NCBI GenBank assembly: GCA_016719635.1
Contig: JADJYT010000001.1
Coordinates: 641,205 to 705,204 of the forward strand
DNA: 64,000 nt
Direction: 5' to 3'
DNA from: Sphingobacteriales bacterium
GTDB taxonomy: Bacteria > Bacteroidota > Bacteroidia > Chitinophagales > JADIYW01
Position 1 is the first letter of the stretch. Every line of letters begins with the position of its first letter. Under the pieces are notes generated by a model. That model was not told the origin of the DNA. It saw only the letters and a program-made list of their open reading frames with translations, and did not search any database. Made by a program: the position numbers and the translations under genes. Shown here one piece after another: positions 60,189-64,000 of the stretch.

Positions 60189-60192
60189 AAAT

Positions 60193-62211
60193 ATGAGTAA
60201 AATAACCAAACTACTAGTAGCGAACCGCGGTGAAATTGCGGTGCGTATATTCAAAAGCTGCAAAGAAATGGGCATCGCCACCGTGGCTGTTTTTTCAGAT
60301 GCAGATGAACATGCGCTATTTGTAAAGCTGGCAGATGAAGCGGTGCGCATTGGCGGCAAACAACCTGCCGAGTCGTATTTGGTCATGGATAAAATCATCG
60401 ATGCTGCGAAACGAACCTGTGCCAATGCCATCCATCCGGGCTATGGTTTCTTATCTGAACGCACGGAATTTGCCAAACGCTGCAACGACGAAGGCATCAT
60501 CTGGGTCGGACCGCATCCGCAGGCGATTGAAGTGATGGGCTCCAAAATCGGCGCCAAGAAAATCATGCAGTCGCACAATGTGCCTACCATTCCGGGTTAT
60601 CAGGGCGACGACCAGAGCGAAGCCACTATTAAAGCAAAAGCCATAGAAATCGGATTTCCCGTGTTGCTGAAAGCCAGTGCAGGCGGCGGCGGAAAAGGGA
60701 TGCGTATCGTGCGTCAGGAAAGCGAACTCGACAAAGCCATCAACGAAGCAAAATCAGAGGCCTTATCCGGTTTTGGTGATGATACCTTATTGATTGAAAA
60801 ATATTTCGACACGTCACGCCATGTGGAGTTTCAGATTTTCGGTGATAAACACGGCAACGCGATTCATTTATTTGAACGCGAGTGCAGCATTCAGCGCCGG
60901 TATCAGAAAGTGGTGGAAGAAAGTCCTTCACCGTTTATCACGGAAGAAACGCGACAAAAAATGGGCGATGCTGCAGTTGCGGCGTGCAAAGCCATCCAAT
61001 ACGACAATGCCGGAACCGTAGAGTTTATTGTAGCTCCCGACCAGTCCTTCTATTTCCTGGAAGTCAATACACGCTTACAGGTGGAACATCCAATTACGGA
61101 AGAAGTGACCGGTTTGGATTTGGTGCGTCTGCAAATTGAAGTAGCTGCGGGCAACTCTATTCCGTTCAAACAGGAAGACGTACAACAATGCGGACATTCC
61201 ATTGAAGTGCGTTTTTATGCGGAAGATCCGGCCAATAATTTCATGCCGGTGAATGGGAAAATCCTGGACTGGATTCCAGCTAATTCAGAAGGTTTGCGTT
61301 ATGATACGGGTATTGAAAGCGGCTCTGAAATTTCCACGTACTACGACCCTATGATTGCTAAAGTAATTGGTTCGGGTAAAAACAGAAACGAAGCCATCAA
61401 TCGTTTAAAGAAATGCTTACAGGAAACGGTTTGTACAGGTTTCACTACCAATAAAAACTTCCTGATTGCCATTTTAGAGAATGAACATTTTCAGAAAGGC
61501 GAATTTGACACCCACTTTTTAGATAAGGTATTCAAATACGAAGGAGAAAAATATCCGCAGGAAACGCTGGATATCCTGACCTGTGCATTGATTCACTATA
61601 GATTCCTGCAACGTCAGCAGGAACGAACCGTGGCACAAGGTGTTCCGGCAGGCTGGAGAAACAATGCGTATCAGCCTCAAAAGGAAACCTACTCCTTCCA
61701 CGGATTTGAATTCCCGATTACATATATCAGCAACAACAACGAACTGCAGATTTCTTTTGCCGATAAAGAATTTACATCTATTTATCATAACGCAAATGAG
61801 CGCCGTCATTCCGAGCCGCCAACTGGCGGATCGGAATCTCATCCTGTTTGGCACACCCTCGAAATAAACGGCATCCGTCGTAACTTCTTCATTTCCAAAA
61901 ACGGACATCAGTACTTCATACAGTCCGCGCAACTCGGACAAATCGTATTGAATATCGTGGACCGTTTCCCGAATCCGAATGAGGAAGTCGTGAAAGGCGG
62001 TTACATCGCTCCTATGCCGGGTGAAATCACATTAGTATTGGTAAAACCGGGCGATGCGGTAAAATCAGGCGATGCCTTATTGAAAATGATTTCTATGAAA
62101 ATGGAAAGCACCATAGAAGCCCATACCGACGGCGAAGTGGAAGAAGTATATGTAACGGATAAACAGTTTTTGGAAGCGGGAACGTTGTTGTTGAAGATGA
62201 AGGAAGAGTAA
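60193..62211 (+). CDS. acyl-CoA carboxylase biotin-carboxylase + biotin-carrier (alpha) subunit, MccA/AtuF type
   Basis: 672 aa. ATP-grasp biotin carboxylase (KLLVANRGEIAVRI, GGGGKGMRIV, EVNTRLQVEHP) and a C-terminal biotinyl domain with SMKME. Confidence 0.9.
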   Translation: MSKITKLLVANRGEIAVRIFKSCKEMGIATVAVFSDADEHALFVKLADEAVRIGGKQPAESYLVMDKIIDAAKRTCANAIHPGYGFLSERTEFAKRCNDEGIIWVGPHPQAIEVMGSKIGAKKIMQSHNVPTIPGYQGDDQSEATIKAKAIEIGFPVLLKASAGGGGKGMRIVRQESELDKAINEAKSEALSGFGDDTLLIEKYFDTSRHVEFQIFGDKHGNAIHLFERECSIQRRYQKVVEESPSPFITEETRQKMGDAAVAACKAIQYDNAGTVEFIVAPDQSFYFLEVNTRLQVEHPITEEVTGLDLVRLQIEVAAGNSIPFKQEDVQQCGHSIEVRFYAEDPANNFMPVNGKILDWIPANSEGLRYDTGIESGSEISTYYDPMIAKVIGSGKNRNEAINRLKKCLQETVCTGFTTNKNFLIAILENEHFQKGEFDTHFLDKVFKYEGEKYPQETLDILTCALIHYRFLQRQQERTVAQGVPAGWRNNAYQPQKETYSFHGFEFPITYISNNNELQISFADKEFTSIYHNANERRHSEPPTGGSESHPVWHTLEINGIRRNFFISKNGHQYFIQSAQLGQIVLNIVDRFPNPNEEVVKGGYIAPMPGEITLVLVKPGDAVKSGDALLKMISMKMESTIEAHTDGEVEEVYVTDKQFLEAGTLLLKMKEE

Positions 62212-62257
62212 TGTAAAAATGTAACAATGTAGCAATGAAATAATGGAATAATGCAAG
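62210..62257 (+). repeat. six phased 8-nt AATGNNNN units forming a start-stop mini-ORF ladder
   Basis: aatgtaaa aatgtaac aatgtagc aatgaaat aatggaat aatgcaag. ATGs at 62211/19/27/35/43 are each closed within 0-1 codons. The sixth (62251) opens the 262-aa ORF. Confidence 0.85.
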
Positions 62258-63039
62258 AAGAAAAAAATAAAATATCTTTAAACGACAAAATTGTAAATTT
62301 TGTTTCTAATAATATCGTTTGGGTATTTCTAGGATTTATTGTTATTGTAATCATTCTTCCAAGATTATTTATAAAAGACTCTCCTTTAGGAATTTTTAAT
62401 GGCTTAAAAGCAAATGAAATAGGTGATGCAATTGGAGGAATGACAGCACCTATTATTGGCTTATTTTCATCATTCTTAGTTTATATTGCATTTAGAGAAC
62501 AAGTAATTGCAAATAGAATGTTAAAAGAACAAAACATACATAATACAATAGACAGACACTTAAAAATAATAGAAAACATAAGACACGACATCCAATCTTT
62601 TAAAATAAATATAAATCCATCTGTTTATAACAAAGCCACTTACTTAAGAGGGATTGAATCAATTGAACATATATTCACTCTACTCAATCCAGGTGGCTTT
62701 ATGAAAGCAGATATTTATCTAAGAAAACACTATGAAGATATTATTCGAACTTATTTACTTTCATTAAGAATAATTCAGGACATTAAGGAACTAGACTCAA
62801 ACATAAACGAAAAGATATTACTCTTAAATAAACTAACATTCTTAAAAACGAACAACCTTTCTGAAATTGAAATTATACAAAATTTCAAAAAAGGTACTTT
62901 TGGAGAAGATGAATATAAACTAAAAGTTTTCATCAAAGACAACTTACTTAAAATTTTAAATGAATTCAATGACGAATACAATAAAACATACAATTTATAT
63001 ATAACAAAACTTATCAACCCATTACCTAAAATAAATTAA
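62251..63039 (+). CDS. AT-rich 2-TM protein, tentatively AbiC-like (putative abortive-infection) family
   Basis: 262 aa. TM1 IVWVFLGFIVIVIILP, then EIGDAIGGMTAPIIGLFSSFLVYIAFREQ (as I recall, a GD-x-GG...P motif leading into TM2, typical of putAbiC-type proteins), then a helical N/K/I-rich C-domain. 14 G+C in 62281-62340 against 24 in 62041-62100. Confidence 0.4.
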   Translation: MQEEKNKISLNDKIVNFVSNNIVWVFLGFIVIVIILPRLFIKDSPLGIFNGLKANEIGDAIGGMTAPIIGLFSSFLVYIAFREQVIANRMLKEQNIHNTIDRHLKIIENIRHDIQSFKININPSVYNKATYLRGIESIEHIFTLLNPGGFMKADIYLRKHYEDIIRTYLLSLRIIQDIKELDSNINEKILLLNKLTFLKTNNLSEIEIIQNFKKGTFGEDEYKLKVFIKDNLLKILNEFNDEYNKTYNLYITKLINPLPKIN

Positions 63040-63052
63040 AAAGACATAACCC

Positions 63053-63877
63053 ATGCTATACACACAACAAGACATCAGTAATTTCTCCGAACAATCTTTC
63101 GCGTATCTGATTGTGGAAGAAAAGGACAATGTGCTCAGCATCACGCTCAATCGTCCGGATAAACGCAATGCCTTTCATATGCCATTGGCGAATGAATTGG
63201 CTTATGCCCTCGCCTACGCGCATTACAACAATGCCATCTGGGCGGTCGTGCTGAAAGCCAACGGACCGACGTTTTGTGCTGGTGCGGATTTAAAGGCCTT
63301 CGGCGGAGCGGATACCACCGAAAAGCCATCCACGATTCCCATGCCTAAAGATATGGTAAAACTGGGCGATGAATTCAACGGTCTGCACAAGCCCTGCATC
63401 GCACAGGTACATGCAGATGTGTACGCCGGCGGCTTCCTGATGATTGGCGGTGCTACACATGTCGTCGCTGTGGAAGAGGCGAAATTCGGCTTGCCTGAAG
63501 TGAAACGCGGTATTTTCCCGTTTCAGGTCATGGCTACGTTGGAACCCTTAATGTCCGCACGGCAATTGCTGGATTTATGTCTGCGCGCCAAAACACTGAC
63601 GGCTCAGGAAGCAAAAGAAATTGGTCTGGTTTCTGCCGTGGTGAAAGCAGATGAATTGGAAGTTACGGTACAACAACTCGTGGAAGACATAAAAGAACAA
63701 TCACCTACGGCAATACGCTTGGGGTTGAAAGCCTTTCATGAAATGAAATCCCTGAAAGCAGATGAGAAACACAAATACCTGCACGCCATGCTGATGCAAT
63801 GCCTGAGCAGCAAAGATGCAGCGGAAGGATTGGCTGCGTTTAAGGAAAAAAGAAAAGCGAGTTGGACTGGAAATTAA
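63053..63877 (+). CDS. enoyl-CoA hydratase/isomerase family (methylglutaconyl-CoA / isohexenylglutaconyl-CoA hydratase-like)
   Basis: 274 aa. Crotonase fold with LNRPDKRNAF, FCAGADLK, GLPEVKRGIFP. Confidence 0.85.
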   Translation: MLYTQQDISNFSEQSFAYLIVEEKDNVLSITLNRPDKRNAFHMPLANELAYALAYAHYNNAIWAVVLKANGPTFCAGADLKAFGGADTTEKPSTIPMPKDMVKLGDEFNGLHKPCIAQVHADVYAGGFLMIGGATHVVAVEEAKFGLPEVKRGIFPFQVMATLEPLMSARQLLDLCLRAKTLTAQEAKEIGLVSAVVKADELEVTVQQLVEDIKEQSPTAIRLGLKAFHEMKSLKADEKHKYLHAMLMQCLSSKDAAEGLAAFKEKRKASWTGN

Positions 63878-63887
63878 TCAATTAGAA

Positions 63888-63935
63888 GATGTACCAATGT
63901 ACCGATTAAGTTCATTGTTACATCGTTACATCGTT
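63888..63935 (+). repeat. 8-nt phased tandem units in the operon spacer (gATGTACC aATGTACC ... ACATCGTT ACATCGTT)
   Basis: Read directly. The 8-nt register persists from 63888 to the ATG at 63949-51. Confidence 0.7.
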
Positions 63936-63948
63936 AAATTAGTACATT

Positions 63949-64000
63949 ATGAAGACAATCAGAATAGCAGGCGCACAGGGTTTCTACGGAGACTCTCCTT
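63949..64000 (+). CDS. AtuA-like (DUF1446, acyclic terpene utilisation) protein, first 17 codons only
   Basis: MKTIRIAGAQGFYGDSP... matches my recollection of the DUF1446 N-terminus (IRIG.G.GFWGDS). It runs off the window. Confidence 0.45.
   Translation, partial: MKTIRIAGAQGFYGDSP

Noticed and set aside
60130-62257. Could the short tandem repeats in the operon spacers be a CRISPR array or its remnant?
   Set aside because: The units are only 7-8 nt (22 nt at most), are directly adjacent without spacers, and no cas genes or leader are present.
59727-63052. Are the two AT-rich inserts part of a transposon, integron cassette or genomic island?
   Set aside because: There is no transposase, integrase or attC-like site, and no tRNA is adjacent. 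Each insert is a single small gene inside an otherwise intact operon. I kept them as findings but did not call them mobile elements.

Overview
This window looks like a gene-dense core chromosomal segment of a Bacteroidota genome. The lineage call rests on four things. There is an rpmB-rpmG-DUF4295 operon. Two large proteins carry T9SS C-terminal sorting domains. A DUF1599 gene lies divergently next to folP. Several genes have -33 TTTG / -7 TAnnTTTG promoter boxes. I call about 65 protein genes, including ppsA, rimO, ftsY, dcd, folP, aroK, dnaK and argH. Others include a two-component pair, a membrane Fe-S oxidoreductase pair, a penicillin/AHL-acylase-family protein and thioredoxin-like proteins. 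There is also one tRNA-Arg(ACG). I see no rRNA, CRISPR array, transposase or integrase. The most unusual part is the last 6 kb, an acyl-CoA carboxylase / enoyl-CoA hydratase / AtuA-like catabolic operon of the Liu/Atu type. Its intergenic spacers hold two strongly AT-rich inserted genes: a four-helix-bundle (23S rRNA IVS / Avd-like) gene and a 2-TM gene I tentatively read as AbiC-like abortive infection. The spacers themselves are built from phased 7-8 nt tandem units. These include a ladder of five start-stop mini-ORFs, a decoy copy of the downstream start codon region, and inverted repeats bracketing the four-helix cassette. The promoter region of this operon carries two identical 15-bp direct repeats with a palindromic core, a candidate operator. 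Elsewhere, three exported-protein genes are split by single-nucleotide frame shifts that coincide with, or have candidate sites at, A/T homopolymers (sequencing error versus real decay). There is also a decayed ORF6N-family pseudogene and a lipoprotein gene with no usable start codon. All function calls come from reading motifs by eye and no database search was run.
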